A stretch of 30,201 nucleotides of DNA, taken from contig LSRY02000091.1 of the NCBI GenBank assembly GCA_001643675.2, forward strand, positions 1 through 30,201. Reading direction: 5' to 3'. The first letter of the stretch is position 1. Each line of letters opens with the position of its first letter. The position numbers were made by a program, and so were the translations under genes. Below the pieces are notes generated by a model that worked only from the letters and a program-made list of their open reading frames with translations, did no database searches and was not told the DNA's origin. Shown piece after piece: positions 1 through 12,468 of the stretch. This DNA is from Monocercomonoides exilis PA203. Lineage: Eukaryota > Protista > Preaxostyla.

Positions 1-2409
1 CTTTTTGCATTCCAAATGCCGGGTTGATTGGGTGGGAATTGCATCTGATTTGCTTGGCCAACAATATTCGGTGCATCAGGCTGTTTGTTTACATCGAGCT
101 TCTTGGTGAAGATGCCTCCTTTGAAATTCATAGGCTGCTGCCCTCTTATCAAAGTTGGTGCTGCTGGAGCAGGGACGTTGGTGTGGGTGAACTGGGGAAG
201 CTGGATGATGCGCTGTTGGTGTGCATGTGTGACTGGCAATGGAGAAGGGGAAGGAGAAGAAGAAGGAGTAGAAGGAGAATAAGGAGAAGAGGAAGGTGGG
301 ATATGCACTTTAGGTGTGAAAGGAGGAGGAACATTGGAAGGCTTGGCAGTCTGTTGCGTGGGCAAAGCAGGGCTCAATGCCTCAGGCTGCTGAGAAGGTT
401 GCTTTGTTGAAGGCAAAATGGCCATCTGCTGCTGTGGTTGTGGATGAGATTGAGGTTGTGATTGAGGTAGTGGCTGAGGCAGTCGTTGCTGCATCATCAT
501 CATCTGTTGTTGTTGCTGCTGCTGTTGTTGTTGATAGCGATGGTCATACATCGTGTGAGGAGGACGCTGGCTGTCAGGCATGTGGAACTGGTATGTGCCA
601 TAAGGCTGGGGCAGCGCCGGTGGTACTGACTGTGTGATGAACGGGTGATGAAGAGCTTCTGCAGCAGATGGGCGCTGTTTGGGGTTGATGCAGAGGAAGC
701 CTGACAGAAGATCCCAGGCCAAGTCGCTGATGTACTGCGGACGGCGGATGGGGAAGTTGATTTGGCTGTGTGATTGAAATGGATGTGTTGGGGAATAGGA
801 AGTGGATAAGTGAATGAATTAATAGAAAGAGATAATTGAAACAGAAGTGTGATTGAGAAGTTAATTGGTAAGATTTGATAGGAGTTTCAGCGCAGAGCGC
901 CAAAACATTAAAAATGTTCTCACAAAAAGATCAGCAAAACTTCATCAAAAAGAAAGAAAGAAAGAAAGAAAGAAATTGTTTATCTTTCTTTAGCAACAGG
1001 TTTTAAGCACATTTCCTGTTTGCAAATAAATGCCAGCAATGTTCTCGAAAAATCACCATTTGTCATGCACACACATACCGGCATATGTACTGAATGAGCC
1101 TGGTCTGACTGGATGTCTCCCTGTCAGCATCTGATACATAATCATGCCCAGCGCCCATATGTCAATCTTTTCGTCGTATCGGTGCTCTCGAGACAGAAGC
1201 TCTGGTGCCTGGTCATTGATAACATGCAAAATTGAGTTTTCATATTTTTAAATTTTTTTACAAAGTTTTGAAATATTATTGGAGAAATCATAATGGAGAA
1301 ATGCACACCGCATTTAAAGGGGTGCTGATAATGAAATAAATGCATTTTAATATGTAAGTTTTGCGGAATTGTAAATAGTCAAAGCAAAACAATTATGTGT
1401 TAATTTAGACAATGGAAAATCTTGATTCTTTTATTTTAAAAAAATGAATGAATGCAAACCCGCACTGAGTCATTGTTGCGGCAAAAGTCATTTTCTTTGA
1501 ACGAGACAGTCCGAAATCTGTGATCTTTGCAATCATCGATGAAGCCTTGAAAGTTCCTGATGGATCGTGAAGGAGAACGTTGTCTGTCTTCATATCCCTA
1601 CCACGCAAACATATTTGAAAAAGATTTTTTATTAGTAATGTAATTTAATTGGTATGAGTGTTCGTGCAGAACCTGTGAATAATTCCCTTTTTGTGAATTT
1701 GTTGAAGTCCATCCACTAAATAAGAAGTTGCTTTTTAAAATAACAATAAACAAATCAAACGAATTTGTTCTATGTAATATCTTGTGATAGACTCAGAAAA
1801 TTTTTGCATTTTCGAAGAAGCTCGGTAACAGACTGCAAAATTAATCATTTTTATCAAAATTATAATGTATTGGAAAACCAAACCCCAAAATTTGCATATT
1901 CCATGAACATTATAACATAACCTTCCATTTTTTTCATTTGAAAAACTTAATAATGTGATTCGTTTGCGCACTATTGCAAGAGAATTTTTAGATTTATTCA
2001 CAAATCATTTTTCTACTCAAACTGTTGAAGCGCGACAGCAGCCTCCCATTCGCGTGGGAAATAATTTGCTTGTGGAATAACCTTTACAGCCATTTGGACA
2101 TGATCATTTGTTTCACCTAAAAATACTCTTAATTACTTTTATGAAAAGCAAAAATATCTCAAATTCAAACCTTCCAAATGCTCCTTCCCTGTGTATAATA
2201 TGAAAAATATTTTTAATTTTAAATGAAATATATTTATTTCTTTTGTGTCAAACCTAAACAACAAATTGGCTTGAAATATCATTCCATCAAAATAAAAAGT
2301 AGCCGAAATATTATAAAATTAAGCATTGAAAATATAGCATATTTACCTTAAGTCCTATATGTGATATAAAATTGCGTTCTCCATCTGACAAATGTCGAGC
2401 TGGACACAT
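1..2409 (-). CDS. Multi-exon Ser/Thr protein kinase with a low-complexity C-terminal tail; the 3' end runs off the window
   Basis: Manual minus-strand translation from ATG 2409 gives exons in the correct order: GEGAFG (~2170-2190), MAVKVIPQANYFPREW (~2040-2100), MFMEYANFG, HKKGIIHR|DMKTDNVLL (HRD split by an intron), KITDFGLSR (~1500-1530), and ELLSREHRYDEKIDIWALGMIMYQMLTGRHP (~1110-1205). Introns are short GT..AG. The extent of the tail below ~900 is uncertain. Confidence 0.9.
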
Positions 2410-2871
2410 GCAAACAAAAAATGAAAAAATAAGAAAAAACAAATTTTTAATATGGTTTCCTTGAAATACTGATTTCATGTTATTTTGTTGTTAAGTGCAT
2501 CGGCATTCTTTTTGTGAAAACAATGATCATTTCTGTCTCTCCTAAGCTTGTTTTTTTTTTTTTAAATTAAATTCTTGAATCATAATAATATTTCAAAAGA
2601 AAGAAGAAAGTTAAAGGTTATATTGTTAATATTCTAAGAAGGAAACGCTCTTTCAAAAATTTTCTTGAATTTCAACAATTATGTGAAAGAAAGCCAATTT
2701 TTGTAAAACGAGGCTAATTTTCATATGTTATTGCTAATAATTGCACAAAACATTGGAAAAGTAATCGGATTTCATTTATTGTTCGATTTTAAAGGGAATT
2801 CAAAATATTTATCGAAATTTTGATGGCAAAAATTGTTATGATCTAGCCCGTTCTTTTATTATTGATGAATG

Positions 2872-4453
2872 ATGGATGGAGAAAATTTGATTATACCTAA
2901 AGATAAAGTATTCTCGTAATATATGATATTTTTATGTTAATAATGTGTATTAAAGTACAATTTGGTTTACTTTGTCTTCCTTCTCTTAGGAATGGCAATG
3001 TTATGTTCATGGAATAGCATTGTTAGCGCTGTTTGTCCACTTACCAAAAACATAATAATGTTCGAGTTTAGTATAAGAGTTAAACGCTGTTTTTTTCAAT
3101 ATTAGGCTGATTATTTTTAAAACGTCTTCCTGCAAGCGCAAATATGTCTCTTTATACAGTGGCATACAATGTTGGATGTGTACCTGTTATGTTTTTAGCA
3201 ACAGCACTTAGCGCTCGCCTCAATTATTTCTTGGTTATTTGTATCCCAATAATTATAAATGCAATCATGATGGGAGTTCTCCCAATTATCGGAACTTTCC
3301 TTTCTGGCACTGCAGCTGCTCAATGGCTTATATTTGTCATATGCATAATTTGTGGTGGTTGCACTGGACTAATTAATGCAGGAGGGTTTGGACTTGGAAG
3401 TGTTTTTCATCACATCATACTCAAGGAATAATGCTGGGTCAAGGAATCGTGGGATTGATCAGTATTGTTCCACTTATTCTCCATGTTTCGATTCCTGGCG
3501 ATAATACCGATACAGTTGGAATGATATTCTTTTGCTTTGCAGCAGTTATAAATGTTCTGGCTTTGATAGCAACACTTTTACTGAAGGTTATTCCATATTC
3601 AAAGTGGGTTATTCAAAAATCAAGTAATTCTACGAAAAATTAAATGAAAATCAGCCATTAATTCTCGAAGAAGCAAATGCTTCTCAAATTGCGAAAGGCT
3701 CTATTAATTCTGATGAGAAAGAAGGGTCAAAGTCGGTATTTGAGCAAGTGAAAGCATTTATAAAGCAAATCATTCCAGTTGCGAAAAAGAAATTTTGGTG
3801 GGGTTTTGCAATCTTTGACCTTTTCTTTTGGTCTCTTCTTGCTTTTCCATCGATTTTTCTTGCCGTTCCATCACAAAAAGGGCAATTCGAGGGACCTTTT
3901 TTGCAGTCATTGTGGAGAGTTTGAAATTTCGTTTATTCGAAAAGTAAAACCTATTTTGGAAATATTTTGCAATTTTTTAGTATCTGAAGTTGAATATACA
4001 TACATTCTGGGATTTTGCCATTCGGTTTTTTACAAACCTCCGTCCGCTATATAAATCCTGCAAAGTGATGAACATTATATCTGCTGCAAGATCCGTTTGT
4101 TAATTTTGAATTTTTTGATTTTAATGAAATAATATTCCATTCGTAAATTTGAATCTCTACATGATCGTTTGTTATTTGTAATCTAAATAACATAGATTAT
4201 TGTGCTTTTCCTTTTTTTGTGTGTATTTGTTCCAGCTTTTCAGCAAACATGGCTTGTTGTCATCGTTATCTCATGCTTCTCTATAACTAATGGTTATCAT
4301 AGTACTGTTATCATGTCGCAAGCAGGTTCTGATCTTACTGATGATACAGAAAAAGCAATATGTGGAACATTTATGTCACTGTGTTTTAACATTGGCTTTT
4401 TCATTGGTTGTCTGGCTTCAATGTTAGTAAGTTATTTAATTGATAAGAGATAA
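2872..4453 (+). CDS. Equilibrative nucleoside transporter (SLC29/ENT family), multi-exon, with homopolymer frameshifts in this assembly
   Basis: Spliced N-terminus PKDK|YNLVYFVFLLLGMAMLCSWNSIVSA...DYF matches ENT TM1. MLGQGIVGLI matches the ENT 'M.GQ..aG' motif. FSITNGYHST and EKAICGTFMSLCFNIGFFIG match TM10-11. Many hydrophobic segments in ORFs 3144-3431, 3431-3643 and 4202-4453. The start codon is approximate. Confidence 0.9.
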
Positions 4454-5559
4454 TAAGAAAATTGTATTTTCCACTTCAATTTTGCTTTGAAATTTTGAGA
4501 AACATGTGTTTCAAAAAGAAATTATTGCCCATAAACACTAATATCATATATTTTTCCAAAGATTAAAATGTGACATTGATGAACCAAGATTGTTTTTTTA
4601 AAAAAACTTTTTTGAAAATTTTGCCATTTATGATTTTTTCGTCTTTGCAATGAAAACTTTCTATCAATACGCAAAAAAAAAAAAAAAAAAAAAAAAACAA
4701 GTGCGAATCATAATAAAGTGCATTAAACATTTGGCTGCTCTTATTTTTCATCACTCCATTGTTTATTTAGATCCAATTCATAACAATATGGAAGCAAAAT
4801 GTTAATGGGTCATAATTTTTGATATCATATGGGTGATTATTTTAGAAAGCATATTATTTGTTTCAAAATATTCGATTCGAAAATAACCCTTGAATATCAA
4901 CAAAAGAACACCAATAAATGAAAAACTCATTGAAGAAATCGTCATTTTTATTTGAGCAAAAACATTTAAACAGGTTTATTTGATGATTTTTTTTTGATCA
5001 TCAAAAAAGATCAAAAATCGAAAAATAAAATATATTGTGGTATTTTTGATCAAGAAGTTAAAAATGATTTTTGCAAGTATTTAACTTTAATTTCTGTAAT
5101 ATATATATTTGTTTTATTTATAAGACCAAAAACATACCTATTTAACATTTTTTACGAAAAACGATTTTTGATCAAGTTTAATAAAAATTAACAAAAATAA
5201 ATAAGTTAAACCAACAAAACTCATCAAAAAGACAAAAAAAATATTCTTAACCTGTTAAACAAAGCTAATAAAAGGAAAAAATATTTAAAGAACTTAAAAA
5301 ATGCAACAAATTTGTGAATTTTTATTTTTCTGTGGAAAAAGAAATGTGCTTTTCATCAATCTAGCTGAAATCTCTTCAAAAAATTTCTATATCTGCTGAT
5401 CTGCTCAACAGATTCTGCAAACGAAGATTGTATTATTCAGGAAACTACAGTTAATAAAAATAATTGACTCTGTCCTTCACTTCTCTTTTTATTCTTTATT
5501 TAAAAATACAGGTTTTATTTTTTTCTCGATTCACTACATGGTTTCCTATCATTTCAACT

Positions 5560-8460
5560 CGACATTTTAAAATTCTCCCTTCGTTAACTTCGTGCTTTTC
5601 CTAAGTTCCTGCTCTTGTTGCTTTGTGAAGAAATCAACATTGAATTCGCCTGAGCCATCATTCGTTTTTTGTTTATGCCATTTCTTTCCCTTTTTCATCA
5701 TCATCTTCCTCTTTCTCTTGATCATCCTTTTCTTTCGTTTTTGCTTCCTCCTCATTTCACTCTCTCTCCATCATCGCTCTCATCTCTCCCTATGGCAACG
5801 ATATCTTTCACTAAACAAGCTACTCGCTTTGATGATCAAAATTGATGGCCTTCCGCTCTTCTTCCAAACCTTCTATCTTCTCTTTCTCTTCCTTCGGCTC
5901 TCAGCATCAGCAGCAATTAAACACTGGCATGCTTAGTTCTTCCCTCCCTTGTGGAGTTTGACACGTTCTGAATACTTTTCCCTTTCCCTTCTGATCCCAC
6001 TGCTCTCTCCCATGCTCGCTCTCAGAGTCGTTTAGCAGCGCTTCATCGAAGCTTCCTGGATCGTTCATAATATGTATTTAATTGGCTAGTCTGTGGCGTT
6101 ATCAATCAGCAAAAATTCAGATTGTGGAATAAGTTGCAGCTTGGGAAAAGAAGAAGAGGAAGGGAATGAAGGAGAAGGAGCAAATGGTTGAGGAATTGAT
6201 TATTCCCTCTTTCAAATACGATTCTGAAAAAGAAAGTTATACTGAAGATTGAGGAGAGCGTTTGGTAGCACAGAAATAACTGCTCTGCTGTGCTCGCTGG
6301 AATATGTTGTGACGTGGCTGTTTTGCGCTGCATTCTACTGAGGTGGAGAAGCTGTGTGCGTTCTTCAGGCAGTGGGTGGAGCATGTAATGGTGGGACCGG
6401 TATGGCAATTGAATTGGTACTGAGGCAATCGATGGAATATGCAGCAAAGGTGAGCACAGGAAAGAACGCAGTCGATACAAAGTGGGCGAATGACCTTGTG
6501 TGCGAGGAGAAGACGGACATGAACACCAATCTTCTTCTTCTTTTTTCATCTCTTTCGTTACACTCTCCTTTTCTTCATCCTCATCATCATCATCCTCCTC
6601 CGTATTTTCTCCTGTTCTTCTTTTTCCCAACAGGTGCATACAGATTAAGCAAAGCACAAGCAGTCATTATTTTCGCTATGTCAGTCGTTGTTGGTGAAGC
6701 CGGTAATCCTGCAAGATTCGACCCAACACCTCAGCTCAGCAAACAACGCAGCAGCTCTTCCATCGTAACTGTTGGTTCATTGTTCGCTTCATTATCCTTC
6801 TCGTTTCTCTTCTCCTTCTTCTTCTTCATCCAGCCCTCTTCCTTCAGCAAGCGCCTCTATGATTTCCGACGCTGTTGTTCCGCACAATTGCCTGTGGCGA
6901 GAACATCAGCTCGACAAGCTCGTTAAACAGCGCCTTGTCGAGTGAATTGGCAAACAGCTTGAACGACTTGGTGGTCAGCGAGAGAAGAATAGAAGAGGCC
7001 TTGTCGATGTATTCAGTGCATGGTGAGTACAGCAAGCGGAGGATGAGCTGGAGAATGCCTTTGCGCAGGAACACAGAGTGGAACACAGCACCGTTGGTGA
7101 TGAACTTGTTGGTTACACGAAGAGAAGAAGAGACAAGGGGTACCAGTGGAAACTGGATGTGAATATATTTGTGTATTTGTGAATAATGAAACGAACGAGC
7201 GAAAAAGTGGGTGTAAAAAGGAAGAAAGAAAAAGAATTCGAAAAGAAAGAAAGAAAATTTTGTGAAATGAAATTTCAATTTATAGTTTCTGGCAAACCTC
7301 ATGAAACTGATCAATTGCTTTGCAACAGCGTCATTCAGCCAATAACCTTTATTCACTTAGCAAGACAATTGAAAAATCATAGATATTATTCCACAATCAT
7401 AACTATTCATCATTTGAGAGTGAACAAAAAATTGTGATTAAGATAAATATATGAAAAGCAAAGTCCAGATTAACAAATATAAATGAATCAATTAATCAAA
7501 TATATTTTATTTTATAGAAAAATTCAAAATTTCCATACAATTCTGGTTCGCTATGTGGGTCATTGCGTTTAGTCCCCTCAGCCTGTGGATGTCGTCGAAG
7601 CCGCAGACCATTAACTGTTCAATAGAAAACGCACAGCGCAGCGAAGGTGGAACATCCATCGACAGAAAAGCGCTGCAAACGACACTGGCACATAGATTAA
7701 TCACATTCTATTGCTTCACTTTGAACGAACGCCCTAAGCTGTGCTTGATGGATGGCAGGTTGGCTGGGAAAAGAGAAAAGGAAGAAGAAGAAGAAGAAGA
7801 AGGTAGTGGTGATGATGGTGATGAAATGGGAAAAGAAGAAGAAGTGAATGAAGATGATTTGTTAGTAGATGCAAACGTTGAGAAAGTGATCGCGTTTCGA
7901 TAAGTTGCTGCTGAATACTTCTTGGATTTTTGATTTCTAGCTGAAAAGCTGAGAAAAGCGTGGTTTCAATCGACACGGGCTTATTCTTCCTCTGATCCCA
8001 TTCTATTTTTCTTTTGAGCCCCTTTCTTTATGAGTCTTTATAATATCTCTGCCAAATCCATCTTCTTTCCCTTCTCCTCTTTCTCCTCCTTCTCCCCACC
8101 CACCAAAATCCCCTAGCCAGCCACATACGCTCCATAGTTCAGAAAGATGCTCTGTGGCTCAAACACATCCCTCGTCGCTGACACGCTGCTGCTTGCAAAC
8201 ACACCTGCATTACCCAATCTGCTCTTCCCGAGAATCGCACGAGGGATCGGCACAGTCACAAGCGGAGGCAGCGAGAAGGATGAAATAGAAGAAGAAAGAG
8301 AGGAAGAAGACATGTTTGATAAAGAGGCAGCGCTTGTGCAAGATTTGTAGAGGGAATTCTGTGTGAGAGAAGAGGGGTCTGTGGAAGGAGATGAAGGCTT
8401 GAAGAGATACAGCGGAGTTCCAACAAGACAGAAGAGGCAGACAATTGTGTGTGGCAAGCG
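5560..8460 (-). pseudogene. Degraded or error-fragmented hypothetical gene with helical-repeat-like (ARM/HEAT-like) segments between E/K/S-rich tracts
   Basis: Protein-like minus-strand stretches, e.g. FLRKGILQLILRLLYSPCTEYIDKASSILLSLT (~6970-7070) and GFDDIHRLRGLNAMTHIA (~7550-7605). Neighbouring stretches contain in-frame stops. No family was recognised and the boundaries are approximate. Confidence 0.3.
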
Positions 8461-8899
8461 GAAAAAAAAGGAGCAGCAAATTTCTCAGAGGCTGTGACGT
8501 TTTGAGTGAACAGTGGGAAGATGAGAGTGTGCTGCCGAACGAGTAAAATGTCTGCTGATGTTCATCCATCATCGCTTCCTTCTTCTCTTCCCCAATCCCT
8601 CCTCTTCCTTTCTGTTGCGATCTGCGCAAGTCTTGTTTCGAAAGCGTCAATTTGCGATGTGCAAAACTCGTCTTTCTTATTTGTCTTCATCTTTGCTTCG
8701 GTTCTTCACGTGATTCCCTTTCCTCTGCTCTTCGCTCAACTTGCTTTTGAATATCTCTTTTTTTTGTCTCTTCCATTTGAACATGCAGTGCTTTCTCTTC
8801 GCTTCTTGGAGGTGTCATAAAGCGAGCTGATGAACGCAATGTGCCTTGAAGCTCCTTCCCTCTTCCACCGCCATTTCTCATTCGATGCCCATTTGCTTC

Positions 8900-11600
8900 A
8901 TTCACCCTGTTCAGCACAGCCGGAGCGCGGAAGCCGTACGAAGTGCTGAAGCAGAGCGGAATGCGCCTCTGGGGAAGAGGAAAACAGTTCAAATGCACAT
9001 TCAGCGAAGCTGCAGAATGCATTGATAGCGATGATGTTGTTGAAGATAGCCTAACCAAATGAGATAATTTTTTGTATGGATTATTCAGTTATTGATTGAA
9101 AATCTTGCTCACATTCGAATGTTGCGGATCTGATCCAATGTTAAGAGAGAGGACACGTCAAAGAAGAAGAAGAATGTGATGAAGAAGTGGGAAAAGAAGA
9201 AGAAGAGGAAGAGGACAAAGAGGAAGAGAATAAAGCATTCTCAAGAGACAGTTCAGGAAATGCATCAGAAAGAAAGGATGGTTGTGCTTCTCTTTTCAAA
9301 TCGCGTTGCGTTCTTGCATGCCTTCTCTCTCTGCCTGCACAGCTGTCTGAATGCATTCCATTCCTCTTGCAAAAACTGCCTTTGCTGGTGTCTGCACAAC
9401 TGTCTGTCTCTTTGAAAATATATTTTGGCTGTCCTGCTCCTTTCTGATCTTTCTCCTAATCGCAGCAACGGTTGGCCAGATGACAACAGGATGCAAATGT
9501 TTTTAATTGCTCCATTAACTTTTTCTTCCACTGCTCAATGACGTGAAAACTGCTGTATCATCAGAAGAATGAGAAGAATAACAAGTCAACGAAGAAGAAG
9601 ATGAAATATCCGATTAATTGTGATGTGCACAATAAAAATGTGTTGTATCAGAGGAAATGGAAGATAACATTAATAATTCCTCTTCGCTTTCACCTTCTCT
9701 CTCCTTCCTCTTTCTCTCCCCCTTCTTCATCTTATCTCCATCTTGATTTCCATCACTTCCCTTCTCTCTGTACGCACGCCTACTCCAAAACCCCTCTTCC
9801 ATCAGCGCTTCTGTCTCTTCGCTCTGTACAACCCACTCCTCACACAGCTACCTGCTTTCCACATGATACTTCGGTGAGGCCTCTGCTTCCACTTCGTTCA
9901 AAAATTTCATTCAAACAGACAATACAATACGATTACATTTGTACTCCGCTCCTCCTCTTCTGCAATTGCTCCATTTCCAGTGCTCTTCCGTTCTTTGATG
10001 TTACAACATCTCTTCTTCTCGTTCTTCTTTGGAATCTTCATTTCAATCAGTCATTCTATTGCCTCATTTTCATCTCTCTTCCATCTTCTTTATCATCATC
10101 TCCACAATATGCTCTTTTCAGTAGTGGAAGCGCAATCGACAGAATTCCCTGAACTTCATCAGCATCTCATAGAGCGAGTTGACACACGTCACCGCCACGA
10201 AATACGCTGCCAGCGCTAACAAAACACATGGCAGCACAACATTCGGTAACTACATCACATTCACAAAAAATAGAGCAGACAATATTATGTACTTCACAGC
10301 CTCCAGATGCTCTGCTGCCACATGCGCTCAAAAGATCGTGGTGCAATGTAATTGACCAGATGCTGCAGGGTGCAGCGCCTCTCCACACACGCGCCCCATC
10401 AGCACCACTGCAACAAACGAAGATATCATTATTCCTGCTGGCGCATTCAGTTGCATCGACAGCGGCTGGAACACATGCTTCACAACCAGACACGAGTACA
10501 CACTCCGCGGCTCAGTCCCGCATGCCTGCAGCCCAACATCAGTCGGTATATCTTCCTGTGGTAGTGCCTTTAGCTGTGCTGTGTCGTCTGTCCCAATGAC
10601 TATCCCTGTAGAAAACACAAACGAAGAAGTCGAAGAAGAGGCAGAAGTGTGCGCAAATGTTTCTATTCGTCGGGCTTCGATAATGACTAAAAAAAAAAGA
10701 AGATGCATAATTTCACAATAAAATCAAAAGAAAATACTAAAAAAAATTATTGAAAATATATTAATTCATGCCTTTGAATTCTTCAGATCCGACGTTTTGA
10801 ATTGAAACAAATTAATCATCATCGATTCAATTTTCTTTCTTCGCTTCCTCTTTCTATTCGGTTGAGTCACAATCATTAAATCCCAAGACAACCTCCCTGA
10901 TCAACTTCCTTCCTTCATTCTCCCCCCCTCCCCTCCTCCTCCTCTCTCTCTCTCATTCACACTTCTCACTCTTCCCAATGAGCTGCAACAAATATCTGCT
11001 TGTGAATACATTCACAAAATGAAAAGAAAGCAGCTGCTTCGAGGCAAGCTGTCACAATACAAAGTGGAAGAACATGCAATCAATGAGGGGAAAAATGTGA
11101 GAAGGAAGAGAGAAGGAAGGATGAATGAGGAGCGATGACAGAAGAGAAACATGCTGAACGTGCTCTGATTCCATGCAGCAGCCTCAAATGTAAAGAATGG
11201 AGGCATCTCATTCGCCAGGCAGTGCAGCTCGAAACTGCAATTGAAGAGATGGGCAAACAACAGAGAAGATGCAGATATCCGGAAAGAAGAAGAGGAGGAG
11301 GAATTGCAGCAGAAGATGTGCTTGATAGCCATATGTGTGCTACACAAACAGAAACACCAAATTGTCAATGCAAAGTTTGCTGTTTGCAACAATTACAAGT
11401 TCTTTCAGCAGTAAAATCCAGTTGCAGTTGGGCAGAATGTTGTTCGACTGCCAACAAATATTTGATAATTGGATGTCTCGTCGTTGGCTGTTCTACACTC
11501 TTTTGAAGCAAAAGCGGAATCAGAAATAGAATTTCGCAGCCTTCCACGTCTGCCTGGCACAGTCCGAGAAACAGGAAAACCTTATTAATATAATTGACAT
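8900..11600 (-). pseudogene. CLC chloride channel/transporter pseudogene (second half of the membrane domain plus a CBS domain)
   Basis: Collinear CLC-like blocks: FAHLFNCSFELHCLANEMPPFF (~11200-11257; cf. ITALF.TNF...F...ELPAF); LSMQLNAPAGIMISSFVAVVLMGRVCGEAL (PAG..SF at 10415-10441; helix N); LEAVKYII...VLPCVLLALAAYFVAVTCVNSLYEMLMKFRE (helices O-R, ~10140-10310); AASLNVHLNCF...LCFSTSYG (CBS2-like, ~8930-9015). In-frame stops at 10328-10330 (TGA) and 10250-10252 (TAG). Alignment was done by eye. Confidence 0.65.
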
Positions 11601-11691
11601 CTTGAAATTCTCCTTTTTTCCAATGAATTGTTGCCTTTTTTGTAATAAATATCCTTCCCTTGATATTGCAAGCCACTTTTTTTTTTGCCAA

Positions 11692-11979
11692 AAAACTGCT
11701 CCCACTGCCTTATATTCCAAATTCTATAAAACTTTGTGCAGATTTTGTCCTTCACAGAATTCTATCCTTATATCGACATTCAATAAAACATCATTTGAAT
11801 TTGTTTTAATCTCATGCACCAAATAAAAATCAGGAATCTTACATAACTTCATTTGTTCCCCAATGGCTATATAATAATATGTTCTATTCTCATCGCAATG
11901 CTCTCCAACGTGAAGATTTGCTATTTGACAGACAAGAAAAGTTCCTTTTCTTTGAAAAGGAAGCAAACAGAGCAGTTTT
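11692..11979. mobile_element. 288-bp MITE with a 4-bp TSD
   Basis: Terminal inverted repeats AAAACTGCTC (11692-11701) and GAGCAGTTTT (11970-11979), flanked by the direct repeat CCAA (11688-11691 and 11980-11983). Confidence 0.7.
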
Positions 11980-12027
11980 CCAATATAATGAAAAAATTGT
12001 AATATTACAATAAAAACTAAATTATAA

Positions 12028-12468
12028 AAAGTATTAGCAAACTGGTAAAAAGTTGGAAAAGTTAGTGGTTTTAAAAAAATGAAAGAAACAAAACTCCAGC
12101 TTTAATCAGAACCATATCTTTTGAATTTTTGAATATTTATTAAAAAAACAAGTATCAGGAAAAATTTTGATTTTTTGTTTAATAGTTATGTATGTGATAA
12201 GAGTTAGAAAAATGTTTTTCTGAATTTTAAAAACTTGTATTCATGGAAAAAACTTCTGTTTTCCGCTTCAAACAATGAAGATGACAGAAGGATCAGAATC
12301 TCGATGCCACTTTTTTTGTTCAAAATGGTTTATTTCATCGATTTAACTTCATATATTACTAAAAACTGCTTTTTGAAATCTGCAATTTTCGCCCTTTAGC
12401 GCGTAATTTTTGATCTTTTTGCCCTCGAAAAATTAAAATATAGGGTCGGATCCTTTTTTCATTCAAAA
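12028..12468 (+). repeat. Left arm of the long inverted repeat
   Basis: AAAGTATTAGCAAACTGG...GGGTCGGATCCTTTTTTCATTCAAAA is the reverse complement of 19949-20392. The differences are almost all in homopolymer length. Confidence 0.95.

Noticed and set aside
946-975. (AAAG)n tract
   Set aside because: Ordinary short microsatellite in a probable kinase intron.
4673-4697. Poly(A) run as a retroposon tail
   Set aside because: No TSD or upstream element body is recognisable, and homopolymers are common in this sequence.
11984-12030. Target-site duplication for the outer boundary of the 440-bp arms
   Set aside because: No matching direct repeat at 12027/20393. CCACTTTTTT at ~11673 and ~20447 is low-complexity and does not abut the arms.
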